Positions 62,611 through 64,000 of a stretch of DNA of 64,000 bases are shown in pieces. The notes under the pieces were generated by a model, which made no database searches, was not told the DNA's origin, and was given only the letters and a program-made list of their open reading frames with translations. Position 1 is the stretch's first letter. Every line of letters starts with the position of its first letter. The stretch covers positions 32,054,001 to 32,118,000 of the forward strand of contig NC_073400.1 of the NCBI RefSeq assembly GCF_028641065.1. Reading direction: 5' to 3'. The position numbers were made by a program, and so were the translations under genes. Origin of the DNA: Leucoraja erinacea. Its lineage: Eukaryota.

Positions 62611-64000
62611 CACTATCTTTTCTAAAGATATGAAGGAATTTCTTTAGTCAGGGGATGGTGAATTTGTAGAATCAATTGCCACAGACGGCTGTGGAGGCTG
62701 TCATTGGGTATTTTTAAAGCTGATATTGACAGTTTCTTGATTAGTGAACGTGTCAAAGTCTAAAGGCAGGAGAATGGAGTTCAATGGGAAAGATAAATCA
62801 GCCAAGATTGAATGGCTGATCTGACTAGATGGGTTGAATTGCCTAATTCTGCCCTATGACTCATGAACCTATTCAGGACATTGAGTATGATAGTTGAGAC
62901 ATTATGTTGCCATGGTACAAAGCATTGGTTTGACAGCAGCTGGAGTATTATGTACAGTTCTCGTCACTACGTTAGGGGAAGGACATGGTAGCAGGTACGG
63001 AGAATGTGCAAAGAGATTCACCAGGATGTTTCCTGGAATGGAGGGCTTTAGTTATCAGCAGAGATTGAATAGGCTGGTTTTATTATCACTGGTGTGCAGG
63101 GAGCTGAGGGTTGACATTCCAGATGTTTATAAAATCATGTGTGGCACAGATAAGCAAGAGATTTTTTCCCAGAGATGGGGAAGATGGTCACTATTTGTAT
63201 CATTGTGACCAACGCAATCATAGGTGATAGAGGCAGATCCATTTATAATTGTAAAAATACATTATGATAGATACTTGTATAAGTAAAACCAAGAGGCATT
63301 TAGGTTTATTGGAGAAAAATGGGATAAATTAGATAGGCGTAACAGTCAGCATTGATGAGTTGACATTTATTTTCTCTACAATTTCTGTGGTAAACACTGC
63401 TATGGTTAGGGTTTTACTGACATCATTCCATCAAATTTAAGCAGTTTAGGTTATTGTCACGTCAGCGGAAAGACTATACATTATTACAATCAAGCTGTCC
63501 ACAGTGTACAGATGACGGATAAAGTGAATAACGTTCATTTCAAGGTAAAATCTGATTAAAGAAATCGGAGCATCTCCAATGAGGTAGATGGTAGGTCAGG
63601 ACTGCTCTTTAGTTGGTGTCAGGATGGCTCAGTCTGATAACAGCTGTGAAGAAACTCTCCCTGAATCTGGAAATATGTGTTTTCACACATATGTACCTCT
63701 TAACTGATGGGAGAGGTGAGGCCGGGGTGCGGTTCATCCTTGATTATGCTGGTGGCCTTGCTGATGCAGTGTGAAATGCAAATGAAGTCAATGAAAGAGA
63801 GTTTGGCTCGCTAGATGGTCTGGGCTGTGTCCACTATTCTCCCCGATTTCTTGTGGTCTTGGATGGAGCTGTTCCAAAATCATGCTGAGATGCATGCTAA
63901 TAAAATGCTTTCTACAGCGCTTCTGTAGAAGTTAGTGAGAGTTGTTGGGGCCATGGCAAACTTCCTAAGCCTTCTAAAGAAGTAGAGGCATTGGTGTGCT

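Overview
Vertebrate genomic DNA, most likely a cartilaginous fish (skate/ray); this is inferred from HE1/HER1-type SINE/LINE tails, Penelope ends and Rex1 fragments, not from a search. Two spliced loci lie head-to-head. (1) Minus strand, ~8.5 kb to the left edge: a divergent CPSF6/CPSF7 (CFIm68/59)-like gene; four exons encode the N-terminus and a complete RRM. (2) Plus strand, 12.4 kb to the right edge: three tandem GH18 chitinase (CHIA/CHIT1-like) units with the CHIA exon architecture. Unit 1 has promoter, signal peptide and all catalytic exons, but exon 7 is split by a young sense, in-frame L2 LINE (15-bp TSD) and its last exon is frameshifted. Unit 2 is intact from exon 3 to stop but has no exon 1/2; it is phase-compatible with unit 1, allowing a two-domain chitinase or a shared-leader isoform. 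Unit 3 (exons 1-5, runs off the window) sits just behind a duplicated CpG-island piece. All units keep the catalytic Glu but lost the GGW tryptophan; units 1 and 2 show no CBM14 exon and end in a hydrophobic GPI-signal-like exon. The remainder is mostly TE debris, which explains most ORF-track entries.
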